From Spirochaetia bacterium (GTDB taxonomy: Bacteria > Spirochaetota > Spirochaetia > CAKZLE01), in assembly GCA_021736385.1 (NCBI GenBank), contig JAIPFY010000027.1, positions 1 to 39,731 on the forward strand: a stretch of 39,731 bases of DNA. The letters run 5' to 3'. The position numbers and the translations under genes were made by a program. Of the stretch, positions 1-8,818 are shown one piece after another. Positions within the stretch are counted from its first letter, which is position 1, and the number at the start of each line of letters is the position of its first letter. The notes under the pieces are model-generated. The model had not been told where the DNA came from. It was given only the letters and a program-made list of their open reading frames with translations, and did not search any database.

Positions 1-167
1 CCAACAAAGGGACTTCCTCTCCACTCCTCCTGTAGGGACACTCCTTCCCTGTTACTAGTTCTTCCATTAAACCACATCAAAAACTCCAGGGAAATATTCA
101 TTTGAGGTTTCATTGGGAATTTTCATATTCGGGTTAGTTGATTGTATCCAAAATGGCTTTTGAGGCA

Positions 168-195
168 TGACAGATTGAGAAATCCGTCGTATACT
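168..195 (+). promoter_or_regulatory. Candidate sigma70 promoter for the diguanylate cyclase gene
   Basis: TGACAG at 168-173, a 16-nt spacer, then TATACT at 190-195. It lies ~75 nt upstream of the ATG at 270. Confidence 0.3.
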
Positions 196-269
196 GCTGC
201 ACATCATACCCAAGTCGTCTCTGATCCATGTACTATCCGATTAAAGCCCCATCTACCATAGGAGAACGT

Positions 270-1502
270 ATGTTCAATATAGATACGAATTCGATGATGA
301 GCACCCTGTTCATCATCCAGGTCCTGTTCGCTTTCGTCATGTTCCGTACCTGGCTGCGCACCCGATCCCATCTGAGAGGTCTTGGCTATGTCGTCCTGAC
401 CCTGGTCTTCAACGCTGCAGGCAGGATGATGTATCTGCTTTCCACCGATGGCAGCAGACCCCTGGTCCTCCTGTTGTCCATCGTGCTGCTGAGCACCGGG
501 GCCGTGCTCTTCTACATCGGACTTGCCTCCTTCATCGGCAGGAGACCGAGGTTCCTGCTGCTTGCCATCTGGTTCGTCCTGGTCAATACCATCCCGGTCC
601 TGCTGCGCTACCTCTATCCGGAATCACCGGTCTTTTTGCTCTCAGCAGATATCGGGAACGTCCTGATCGGTATGCTCTATATCGAACTGCTCAGACATGC
701 AGCACATACCTGGTTCCATCCCCGTTTCCGCATCATCACCCTGCTCTACATCCTCTACACGAGTATCTTCATCATACACAGCTCCAACCTCATCTCCTTC
801 ATCATAGAAGGTGTCGCTGCCGCTGATGCGATCAGCTCTCCCATACGAATGATCACCACTGCATTCTCCACCTTCCTGCTGTTCGCCATCAACTTCTCCA
901 TGCTCAATCTGGTGAACGAGTATCTTCTGCATGAACTCGAATCCTCCACGTCAGGGACGATCGATCAGCTGAAGGAACGCGTTGATACCGATGCCCTCAC
1001 CGGGGCTGCAAGCAGAGTCACCATGGAGATGAGGATCGATGAGGCAGTAGCACGGGCTTCAAAAGGTTCCGGTCTCAGCGCATTCTCAGTGATGATCCTC
1101 GATATCGATGACTTCAAACAGGTGAATGACAACCATGGCCATAATGCCGGTGATCAGGTGCTCAAAGAAACAGTGGAGCTGGTGACCCAGCAGATCAGGG
1201 ATCAGGATATCATCGGACGATGGGGCGGTGATGAGTTCATCATCATCGTGTACAACCTCTCTTCCGCATCGCTGAAGATGGTCTGCAGCAGGATCATCGA
1301 TCGTATCGCCCAGAAGGCAGCCCATGACCCGCGCATGAGTACCGTCAGTATCGGCTATACCTCCTACCTCCCCGGAGACGATGCCAAGAGCCTGATAAAA
1401 CGGGCTGATGAGCAGCTCTACAAGGCAAAACGCTCCGGTAAGAACCAAGCGATAGGGACCACCTCCTTCTTGAGGAGCGAGAAGGCAGAACTCCCCGGGT
1501 AG
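270..1502 (+). CDS. Membrane-anchored diguanylate cyclase (GGDEF domain)
   Basis: C-terminal GGDEF catalytic motif (RWGGDEFIII) preceded by D..NDNHGH. The N-terminal ~220 aa form 6-7 hydrophobic helices. The track ORF starts at 228, but the ATG at 270 is preceded by AGGAGA (262-267) while 228 has no SD. Confidence 0.8.
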   Translation: MFNIDTNSMMSTLFIIQVLFAFVMFRTWLRTRSHLRGLGYVVLTLVFNAAGRMMYLLSTDGSRPLVLLLSIVLLSTGAVLFYIGLASFIGRRPRFLLLAIWFVLVNTIPVLLRYLYPESPVFLLSADIGNVLIGMLYIELLRHAAHTWFHPRFRIITLLYILYTSIFIIHSSNLISFIIEGVAAADAISSPIRMITTAFSTFLLFAINFSMLNLVNEYLLHELESSTSGTIDQLKERVDTDALTGAASRVTMEMRIDEAVARASKGSGLSAFSVMILDIDDFKQVNDNHGHNAGDQVLKETVELVTQQIRDQDIIGRWGGDEFIIIVYNLSSASLKMVCSRIIDRIAQKAAHDPRMSTVSIGYTSYLPGDDAKSLIKRADEQLYKAKRSGKNQAIGTTSFLRSEKAELPG

Positions 1503-1816
1503 TGCACCGCCGGGGCGGTCCTCAGAACAGCTCCAGGACACCCGGGGGGATGAGATCTTCGGTCCAACAGCCCTGTTCGAAGATCAGTCCACCCTGCAGG
1601 AATACCACCTCAGAGCACCTGCTCACCCTTGATGCTATCGTGTTGCAGACTATATATTTCTTTATCACTCACCATTACATTCTCAGCACTTTCATGCTAT
1701 ACTATATTCAGTCAGACACCGTTGATGAGCGCAGTCGCTGAGGATGATCAAGAGCAGGGCTCTGCATATATCTCTTAGCTATACGAGACTGCTCTTTCAT
1801 CCTTCTTATACGGTAG

Positions 1817-1839
1817 GTCTGCAGTCTTTCACTGCAGAC
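1817..1839 (+). other. Perfect 9-bp stem / 5-nt loop hairpin in an intergenic region
   Basis: GTCTGCAGT-ctttc-ACTGCAGAC read directly. No gene overlaps it. Confidence 0.4.
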
Positions 1840-1891
1840 GATACATGCTTTTCAGCTGAAATAACCAATATGTTCCCCTAATTCACATTCT

Positions 1892-1931
1892 GTCCCTGAG
1901 TCTCCAACGACTCAGGGACTCTTTATATCTC
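1892..1931 (+). terminator. Intrinsic terminator-like hairpin
   Basis: GTCCCTGAGTC-tccaac-GACTCAGGGAC, a perfect 11-bp stem with a 6-nt loop, followed by TCTTTATATCT. It is 390 nt downstream of the cyclase stop. Confidence 0.5.
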
Positions 1932-1972
1932 ATGCGATACCGATCTCGAGTACAAGAGAAATCAGTCCTGTC

Positions 1973-2006
1973 TTGACTTGACGGCACCGGGAAGTTGTAC
2001 TATAGT
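1973..2006 (+). promoter_or_regulatory. Sigma70-type promoter of the GntR-led operon
   Basis: TTGACT/TTGACG (1973-1983), a 17-nt spacer, then TATAGT (2001-2006). It lies 50 nt upstream of the GTG at 2056. Confidence 0.45.
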
Positions 2007-2031
2007 ATTATTGTACTAATGGTTTAGTACA
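1998..2031 (+). promoter_or_regulatory. Two palindromic operator-like sites overlapping the -10 and start site
   Basis: TACTATAGTA is a perfect 10-bp palindrome at 1998-2007 inside the -10. TGTACTAA-tggt-TTAGTACA is a perfect 8-bp inverted repeat at 2012-2031. The GTAC cores fit the T.GT-N-AC.A style of GntR-family sites. Confidence 0.45.
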
Positions 2032-2055
2032 ATAGGACAAAGGAGTGCATCAGCA

Positions 2056-2460
2056 GTGACTGACATAGGATTGAAGAGACTCGAATTCAGCCTCGATGCA
2101 AAGAGCGGTGTCCCCTACTACAAGCAGATCATCCTGCAGGTGGAGATGGCCATAGCCGACAGACGGCTGGGTCAGGGAGATCAGCTCCCGACTGTCAGGA
2201 GTCTTGCAGTGGATCTTCAGATCAATCCGAACACGGTCGCCAGAGCCTATAACGAGCTCGAGATCCGTGGGATCGTCACGACACAGCAGGGTACCGGGAC
2301 CTTCATCAGTGATAAGCAGATAGAACTGGACCATGTGAAGAGAGAGCAGATGCTCACAGAGATCACCAGGGCATTCATCACCAAAGCGAACTCCTATGGA
2401 TTCACCATAGATGAGCTCATCGACTATCTTCAGGAGATAGGTCCTGAATATGAACGATAG
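2056..2460 (+). CDS. GntR-family transcriptional regulator (short YtrA-like subfamily)
   Basis: 134 aa. N-terminal winged HTH (LPTVRSLAVDLQINPNTVARAYNELEIRGIV) with only a short C-terminal helical tail. GTG start with AGGAG 10 nt upstream. Confidence 0.8.
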   Translation: MTDIGLKRLEFSLDAKSGVPYYKQIILQVEMAIADRRLGQGDQLPTVRSLAVDLQINPNTVARAYNELEIRGIVTTQQGTGTFISDKQIELDHVKREQMLTEITRAFITKANSYGFTIDELIDYLQEIGPEYER

Positions 2461-2478
2461 AGAGGGGAGATCATACAT

Positions 2479-3645
2479 ATGAATATATTCCAGCAGAAAT
2501 CCGAGAGGATCAAGAACATCCAGAAGAAGGGACTGGCAAAGGATTTCGGGTTCAATGCCATTTCGTTCCTGATCCTCGGGATCTTCATCATCGGGGGTAT
2601 CAGCCTGCAGTTCGGGCTCTACCCTGCTTCTGAGATCGAGAGTGTCGTAGGGATCACCGTCGGCCTCCTGGTTGCCGGGGCGGTCGCAGCAGGACTGCCG
2701 ATGTGGATGCTGCTCATCCAGCTGATCATCATCCTCTGGGTCGGTGTGATGGCCAAGCTCGATCTGACCTATATCCCCATGGCCCTGAGCGGATCGCTCG
2801 GTCTGCTTCTGGCTGCTTCGTTCCAGCTGATCTACCAGTGGGACAAGGTGGTGATCCTCCGGCTTGGGAAGTTCAGGAAGGTCCATGGACCGGGACTCTT
2901 CTTGCTCATCCCCTTCATCGACCGCATCGCCGCGTTCGTGGATACCAGGATCAGAGCAACAGACTTCAGTGCGGAGAAGACCATCACCAAAGACACGGTG
3001 CCCGTCCATGTCGATGCTCTTGCCTTCTGGATGATCTGGGATGCGAAGCAGGCAGTCCTGGAAGTGGAGAACTACGTAGAGGCGGTCATCCTCTCTGCAC
3101 AGACCGCACTCCGTGATGCGATCGGCCGGCACAATCTGAGTTCTCTACTGTCAGAGCGCGATGATCTGGGCAAGGAGATCCAGCAGATCCTCGATCGTAA
3201 GACCAACCCCTGGGGAGTGACCATCCTCTCGATCGAGATCACCGATATCATCATCCCCAAAGAGCTGGAGAACGCCATGAGCAAGCAGGCGCAGGCTGAA
3301 CGTGAACGTCAGTCGAGGGTGATCCTCAGCACCGCTGAGGTGGAGATCGCCCAGATGTTCGAAGAGGCTGCAGTACGGTATGACCGGAGCCCCACAGCCC
3401 TGCAGCTGAGGGCCATGAATATGGTATATGAGGGGATCAGACAGAACAGCTCGCTCATGCTCATGCCCTCCTCCGCCCTTGATAACATGAATCTCGGGGC
3501 AGTGATGGGGACGGCTGCATTTCAGAAGATGCATGAAGCAGAGTCAGAGCGGAACAAGAAGAGCATCGAGACCAAGGACACTCCACAGGAGGGGTCTGAT
3601 GATACACATAGAGCTGATACCACACATGAGGGAGGAGATCAATGA
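2479..3645 (+). CDS. SPFH/band-7 (stomatin/prohibitin-like) membrane protein
   Basis: 3-4 N-terminal TM helices, then a band-7 core (VVILRLGKFRKVHGPGLFLLIPFIDR...), coiled-coil and acidic tail. GAGGGGAG SD before the ATG. Confidence 0.85.
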   Translation: MNIFQQKSERIKNIQKKGLAKDFGFNAISFLILGIFIIGGISLQFGLYPASEIESVVGITVGLLVAGAVAAGLPMWMLLIQLIIILWVGVMAKLDLTYIPMALSGSLGLLLAASFQLIYQWDKVVILRLGKFRKVHGPGLFLLIPFIDRIAAFVDTRIRATDFSAEKTITKDTVPVHVDALAFWMIWDAKQAVLEVENYVEAVILSAQTALRDAIGRHNLSSLLSERDDLGKEIQQILDRKTNPWGVTILSIEITDIIIPKELENAMSKQAQAERERQSRVILSTAEVEIAQMFEEAAVRYDRSPTALQLRAMNMVYEGIRQNSSLMLMPSSALDNMNLGAVMGTAAFQKMHEAESERNKKSIETKDTPQEGSDDTHRADTTHEGGDQ

Positions 3646-4322
3646 TCAGTATTGACCAGGCCGTACGCAACTATCAGGCAGGGGAGACCGTAGTGAGAGC
3701 ACTTCGGGGCGTGTCTCTGGATATAGAGCAGGGAGAGTTCATCTCCATCGCAGGACCTTCGGGGTCGGGCAAGACCACCCTGCTGAACCTCATCGGCTGT
3801 ATCGATGCCCTCGACGGGGGAGAGATCACCATCAATGGAGAGGCAGTCTCATCCATGAACAAGAAGTCCAAGACAGACTTCAGAAGGATCAATCTGGGCT
3901 TCATCTTCCAGACCTACAATCTGATCCCGGTGCTCACCGCATATGAGAACGTATCCTTCGTCCTCTCTCTGCTGGACCTCCCTGAACAGGAGGTACGGGA
4001 ACGGACGATGGGGCTGCTCAAAGAGGTAGGACTGGAGGGCATGGAGCATCGAAGACCTTCACGGCTCTCCGGTGGGCAGCAGCAGCGTGTGGCGATCGCA
4101 CGGGCGCTGATCAAGAACCCTCAGGTGGTCCTCGCCGATGAACCGACAGCCAACCTCGATTCGGAGACCGGAGAGGAGATCCTGAAGCTGATGAAGGAGA
4201 TGAACAGAAGACACCATACCACCTTCATCTTCTCGACCCACGACAAAATGGTCATGGAGTATGCAGAACGTCTGGTCATGCTTCACGACGGACAGATCAT
4301 CAGCGATGAGAGGAGGCAGTGA
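3642..4322 (+). CDS. ABC transporter ATP-binding protein (MacB/LolD-type)
   Basis: Walker A GPSGSGKTT, signature LSGGQQQRVAIARAL, Walker B VVLADEPTANLD. It overlaps the upstream stop by 4 nt. Confidence 0.9.
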   Translation: MISIDQAVRNYQAGETVVRALRGVSLDIEQGEFISIAGPSGSGKTTLLNLIGCIDALDGGEITINGEAVSSMNKKSKTDFRRINLGFIFQTYNLIPVLTAYENVSFVLSLLDLPEQEVRERTMGLLKEVGLEGMEHRRPSRLSGGQQQRVAIARALIKNPQVVLADEPTANLDSETGEEILKLMKEMNRRHHTTFIFSTHDKMVMEYAERLVMLHDGQIISDERRQ

Positions 4323-5569
4323 TGAAGTTTCTCATCTCACTGGCTTTCAAGAACCTCACCCGATACAAACGCAGGACCATCATCACCGCTCTGGCTATCG
4401 CCATCGGTATCGCCATGTACATCTTCATCGATGCGATGCTCATGGGAGCAGAGTATGAGTCGGTCAGGAACCTGAAATGGTATGAGACCGCATCTGCCAG
4501 GATCCTCGACGATGAGTACTGGGAAGAACGGTATCAGTATCCACTGGATCTGAACATCAGCGATCCTGACCCCATTCTCGAACGGCTCGAGGCAGAGGGG
4601 ATCACCGCATCGAAGAGAATCGTGTTCACCGGCGATATGATCCTCAGCAGGGCGGAGTTCGGTGAGGACGGCAACATCCCGGTGAGGGTCACCGCCATCG
4701 ATCCCTCACGCGACTTCGATGTGTTCCACTTCGGCGATACCCTCATCGAAGGGCGATTCCTCGAAGAGGATGAGGAGGCGATCCTGATCGGTTCCTGGTT
4801 CGCCGAAGATATCGGGGCATCAGTGGGGAACTGGGTCACCATCATCACCCGGGGCAACGGAGGGTTCTATGAAGCGATCGATCTGCAGATCGTGGGTATC
4901 CTCAACTGTCCCAACCCGAATGTCAACAGGACGCTGATCATGATGCCCATCAAGACGGCAGATTACTACCTTGCCATGGATGGTGCTGCGACGGAGATCA
5001 ACATACGGCTTCCCGATCAGGCTGAGGTGGAACAGGAGATCGCTACCATTCAGGGACTCCTGAACGGCAACGGCATCACCGTCATGAGCTGGGAGACCAT
5101 GGCCAAGGATTATCTGGCGATCGCTGAGGCAAAACGCGGGGGGACCGGCATGATCCTCTTTCTCATCTTCATCATCGCAGCGGTCGGCATCTCGAACACC
5201 ATGCTCATGGCGATCTTCGAACGGATCAGAGAGCTGGGTATGATGCGCTCACTGGGCATGTCCGACATGAAGATCCGCATCGCCTTCATGCTCGAAGCCG
5301 CAGGCATCGGACTCATCGGGTCTACCATCGGGGTGATCATCGGGGTCATAGCGAACTACTGGATCATCAACGTCGGGATCGACTTCGGCTTCCTGATGCG
5401 TGAGATGGATATCGGATACCGTATCCAGAGCATCTTCCGCGGCACCTGGAATCCCGGGACCATCGCGGTGGCATTCTTTGCCGGCATCCTCATATCCACC
5501 GTTGTGGCATATCTGCCGACGAACCGGGCACTGAAGATGGACATCCCTTCATGCCTGAGGCACCAGTGA
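4319..5569 (+). CDS. FtsX-family ABC permease (MacB/LolC/E-type)
   Basis: N-terminal TM, a ~230-aa periplasmic domain, then 3 C-terminal TMs. It overlaps the ATPase stop in an ATGA arrangement. Confidence 0.85.
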   Translation: MMKFLISLAFKNLTRYKRRTIITALAIAIGIAMYIFIDAMLMGAEYESVRNLKWYETASARILDDEYWEERYQYPLDLNISDPDPILERLEAEGITASKRIVFTGDMILSRAEFGEDGNIPVRVTAIDPSRDFDVFHFGDTLIEGRFLEEDEEAILIGSWFAEDIGASVGNWVTIITRGNGGFYEAIDLQIVGILNCPNPNVNRTLIMMPIKTADYYLAMDGAATEINIRLPDQAEVEQEIATIQGLLNGNGITVMSWETMAKDYLAIAEAKRGGTGMILFLIFIIAAVGISNTMLMAIFERIRELGMMRSLGMSDMKIRIAFMLEAAGIGLIGSTIGVIIGVIANYWIINVGIDFGFLMREMDIGYRIQSIFRGTWNPGTIAVAFFAGILISTVVAYLPTNRALKMDIPSCLRHQ

Positions 5570-5583
5570 CAGGAGGACCACAG

Positions 5584-6819
5584 ATGACCACACGACTGAT
5601 GAAGACCGCATTGAGGAACATCACCCGTAATATGAGACGATCACTGCTCTCGGGTATCGCCATCGCCGTTGCTGCGATGAGCATCGTGCTGCTCTTTTCC
5701 CTGATCGGCGGCATGCGGGCCGATATGGAGACGAACCTGAAGGATTTCTACTCGGGTTCGGTACAGCTGCAGCACGCAGACTATGAAGAGTTCGAACGCT
5801 ATAATCCGGTACATCTGACCGTACCGTATCAGGAGATCACCGAGGTCCTCGATACCATCGACGGGATCACCACCTATGTCCCGAGGACCACCTTCCCCTC
5901 CAGCCTCTATATCGATGAGACGACCAACGGGGCGATCGGTGTGGGGGTGGACTTCGCACAGGAGGCACGCTATCACGATGTGGAGGCGATCGTACATGAA
6001 GGGCGTCTGCCCAGCTCAGGTAAGAACGAGATCATCATGGGAGGCAATCTCGCTCAGGATCTGCATCTGAAGATCGGGGATCAGGTGACGATCCTCTCGA
6101 CTACCGCAGCACGGGGGACCAATGCCATCACCATGGAGATCGTGGGGATCGCAGCCTTCCCGGTCGGAGCGATGAACACCTCGACCTTCTGGGCCCCTCT
6201 GGACCGCGTCCAGTACTTCCTGCGGATGGATGCCCAGGTACAGCGGATCCTGATCAAGACCGAAGAGGGCGTACAGGAACAGCAGCTTGCTGCAACGATC
6301 GCTCAGGAGCTCAGCAGTCGCACGGGAGAGACCTATGACGTGCGTTCCTGGAAACAGATCAATCTCATGTACTCGTTCATCGAGCTCGCCCAGCTGATCT
6401 ACTACTTCGTCGGCGTCTTCTTCTTCCTGCTCGGGAGCACCGTCATCATCAATACCACCATGATGGTGATCTTCGAACGCATGAGGGAGATCGGTACGCT
6501 CGCAGCACTGGGCATGCACGGGAAGGAGCTGGTCCGCCTCTTCTTCCTCGAGGGAGCGTTCATCGCCACCATCGGATCGTTCGTCGGGGTACTCGCCGGG
6601 GTGGGGATCACCTCCTACCTCTCCCGGGTGGGGATAGACTTCACCGATGCCCTCTCAGGTATGGACTTCGAGATATCCTCGGTCCTCTATCCACAGCTGA
6701 ATGTGTGGATAACCTTCTTCGTCTTCTTCTATTCTGTTGCCATCGCCTCCCTCGCTACCCTGCTGCCCTCGAAGAGGGCAGCGAAGATCGAGCCTGTCGA
6801 GGCTCTGCGTTATATCTAG
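5584..6819 (+). CDS. Second FtsX-family ABC permease
   Basis: Same topology as the first permease. AGGAGG 7 nt before the ATG at 5584, so the track start at 5551 is probably too long. Confidence 0.85.
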   Translation: MTTRLMKTALRNITRNMRRSLLSGIAIAVAAMSIVLLFSLIGGMRADMETNLKDFYSGSVQLQHADYEEFERYNPVHLTVPYQEITEVLDTIDGITTYVPRTTFPSSLYIDETTNGAIGVGVDFAQEARYHDVEAIVHEGRLPSSGKNEIIMGGNLAQDLHLKIGDQVTILSTTAARGTNAITMEIVGIAAFPVGAMNTSTFWAPLDRVQYFLRMDAQVQRILIKTEEGVQEQQLAATIAQELSSRTGETYDVRSWKQINLMYSFIELAQLIYYFVGVFFFLLGSTVIINTTMMVIFERMREIGTLAALGMHGKELVRLFFLEGAFIATIGSFVGVLAGVGITSYLSRVGIDFTDALSGMDFEISSVLYPQLNVWITFFVFFYSVAIASLATLLPSKRAAKIEPVEALRYI

Positions 6820-6845
6820 AACCGATCATATAGGAGTCAGTCAGT

Positions 6846-7595
6846 ATGCGAACGAAACGAACACAGAAACTACTATCGTTGCTGGTCATGATATGTCTCA
6901 TCCCCTCCTCGCTGGCAGCGATGAGCGCAGAGGAGATCATACGAAAGACAGACGAGATGCAGACCTTCGATACAGCGATCACCGAAGGGGAGCTGCAGAT
7001 CACCGATCGATTCGGTACCAAGATCAGTACCTTCATCGCCTGGTCCCGGGGCAGTGAGGAATCACTGATCGAGTTCACCAGTACCGCAGAACGGGGACAG
7101 AAGATCCTCAGGACCGTGGATTCCATCTATCTCTACTACCCCGATGCCCAGGAGCTGATCAGGATGCAGGGTGCAGCACTCAGACAGGGCATGCTGGGTT
7201 CTGATGTCTCATATGAGGACATGACCGGCGATAACGACCGTCTCAGCCAGTATGAGGTGGTACTCGACGGGGAGCAGGTGATCGGCGACCGGATGTGCTA
7301 CAAACTCTCGCTGACTGCGACCACCCGGTCTGTGCCGTATCCCAAAGAGACCATCTGGATCGACAAGGAACACTTCATCGTCCTCAAGGGAGAGTACTCC
7401 ACGAAATCAGGCAGGCTGATCAAGGAGATCGATGTCCTTGAGACCGGCAGATTCGATGATCTGGTACTCGCTACCACCACCCGGATCTCTGATACGATGA
7501 AAGCGGATTCCCAGACGCTGATGATCATCAGGGAGCTGCAGGTGAATGTCCCCATCGATTCACGGATCTTCTCACTCGATGAACTGTCCTGGTAG
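6846..7595 (+). CDS. Secreted LolA-like protein (outer-membrane lipoprotein-sorting protein family)
   Basis: Signal peptide MRTKRTQKLLSLLVMICLIPSSLAA. ~220-aa beta-rich mature part. Such proteins are typically encoded beside MacB/FtsX ABC systems. AGGAG SD before the ATG. Confidence 0.55.
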   Translation: MRTKRTQKLLSLLVMICLIPSSLAAMSAEEIIRKTDEMQTFDTAITEGELQITDRFGTKISTFIAWSRGSEESLIEFTSTAERGQKILRTVDSIYLYYPDAQELIRMQGAALRQGMLGSDVSYEDMTGDNDRLSQYEVVLDGEQVIGDRMCYKLSLTATTRSVPYPKETIWIDKEHFIVLKGEYSTKSGRLIKEIDVLETGRFDDLVLATTTRISDTMKADSQTLMIIRELQVNVPIDSRIFSLDELSW

Positions 7596-7606
7596 GGGGG
7601 AAGAGT

Positions 7607-8734
7607 ATGAACATGCGTCGCAGCTGTATGCTCCTGATCCTTCTGCTCTTCAGTGCGGCAGCACTTCCGGCAGAGGGGGATCTCACGATGGATCTCTCTC
7701 TGTTCAACACGGTGGTGCGAACTTCGAACACTGACTGGTCCTACAGGATTGCCGGTGCAGGAACAGCCTCGTTCAAGTCCAGCGGCAACCGGGATGTCAA
7801 GAGTGAGGTAGCCCTCGATATCATCTTCCCGGATCTGCCGCTCTCAGCTCTGGGTGAATCGATCCCCCCAGCCTACAGCGCTCTCTCCCTTGCGCTGATC
7901 TCCCTCGATAAGGCGTACATCAAGGTACGTTTCCCCTCCTTTCGCCTGACTGCCGGCAAGAGCCGTCTGAGCTGGGGGGACGGGTTCGTGTTCAACTCCG
8001 GGGACATCCTCTCCGGCAGTACCGATACCGATGTCGATCTTACCACCTCGGAGGTACGTGACGAGACCTACTGGCTATCGAGTGTACAGATCCCGCTTGA
8101 GAACTTCTCGTTCCTCGAAGCGGTGGTACTTCCTCAGGCAGGGACCGGCGAGCTCATCGGGATCGCTGCGGGGGGCAGGGTCTATGCCACGATCGATACG
8201 ATCAAGCTGGAATCGGGGTATCTCTATCGCGGCAGTGATCAGTCACATACCGCCTACGTGACGATGCAGGGGAACTTCGGGCCCGACTGGTATGCAGCGA
8301 GTGCCCTCACCCTCCCTTCGAGCACCGACATCCAAGAGCTGCGTGACGGGGCACAGGAGTCCTGGAATCTCAGTGCGGGGCTCTTCACGATCCATCAGAT
8401 CGACCGGATACGCACGATGACCCTCAGGCTCGAGAGTCTGATCAGGCCGTATGCCTCCTGGGTCGAACAGGATACTGCACAGGCATCCTACGGGCTCTAC
8501 CTCTATCCCGAGATCGGGTATACTCCCTCTGATACGGTGAGTCTCTCCCTGCGGTCGATCATCTCACCGATCGATCTCAGTGCCGCTACCACCATCGGGG
8601 GCAGCTGGAATGTCTTTCAGAGTCTCTCTGTACTCGGGTATCTGACAGTTCAGGCCGGAGATGCGAATGATCTGTTCTCCTGGGAGGGGCCTCAGAGCCT
8701 TGCACTGATGCTCGGCTGCAGTTTCATCTATTAA
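7607..8734 (+). CDS. Secreted protein, predicted outer-membrane beta-barrel, unknown family
   Basis: Signal peptide MNMRRSCMLLILLLFSAAALPAEG. Alternating hydrophobic dyads (YIKVRF, RLSWGDGFVF, YGLYLYPEIGY, SLSLRSII). C-terminal ...SFIY aromatic terminus. Last gene of the operon. Confidence 0.5.
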   Translation: MNMRRSCMLLILLLFSAAALPAEGDLTMDLSLFNTVVRTSNTDWSYRIAGAGTASFKSSGNRDVKSEVALDIIFPDLPLSALGESIPPAYSALSLALISLDKAYIKVRFPSFRLTAGKSRLSWGDGFVFNSGDILSGSTDTDVDLTTSEVRDETYWLSSVQIPLENFSFLEAVVLPQAGTGELIGIAAGGRVYATIDTIKLESGYLYRGSDQSHTAYVTMQGNFGPDWYAASALTLPSSTDIQELRDGAQESWNLSAGLFTIHQIDRIRTMTLRLESLIRPYASWVEQDTAQASYGLYLYPEIGYTPSDTVSLSLRSIISPIDLSAATTIGGSWNVFQSLSVLGYLTVQAGDANDLFSWEGPQSLALMLGCSFIY

Positions 8735-8747
8735 GAGAGAACGGACG

Positions 8748-8792
8748 GCAGAGGGCTTGCAGTCACCCGACGGCAGGCCCTCTGCTTCTGTG
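8748..8792. terminator. Bidirectional terminator between convergent operons
   Basis: GCAGAGGGC (8748-8756) pairs with GCCCTCTGC (8777-8785) around a 20-nt loop. T-rich tails on both strands. Confidence 0.45.
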
Positions 8793-8818
8793 TCCAGGCA
8801 CCTAAGGCCGTACTGCCC

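Noticed and set aside
1502-1741. 79-aa ORF directly after the diguanylate cyclase stop
   Set aside because: No SD. It has Pro/Ser/Arg-rich low-complexity composition and lies in the spacer that carries the hairpins, so it is more likely UTR or sRNA space than a gene.
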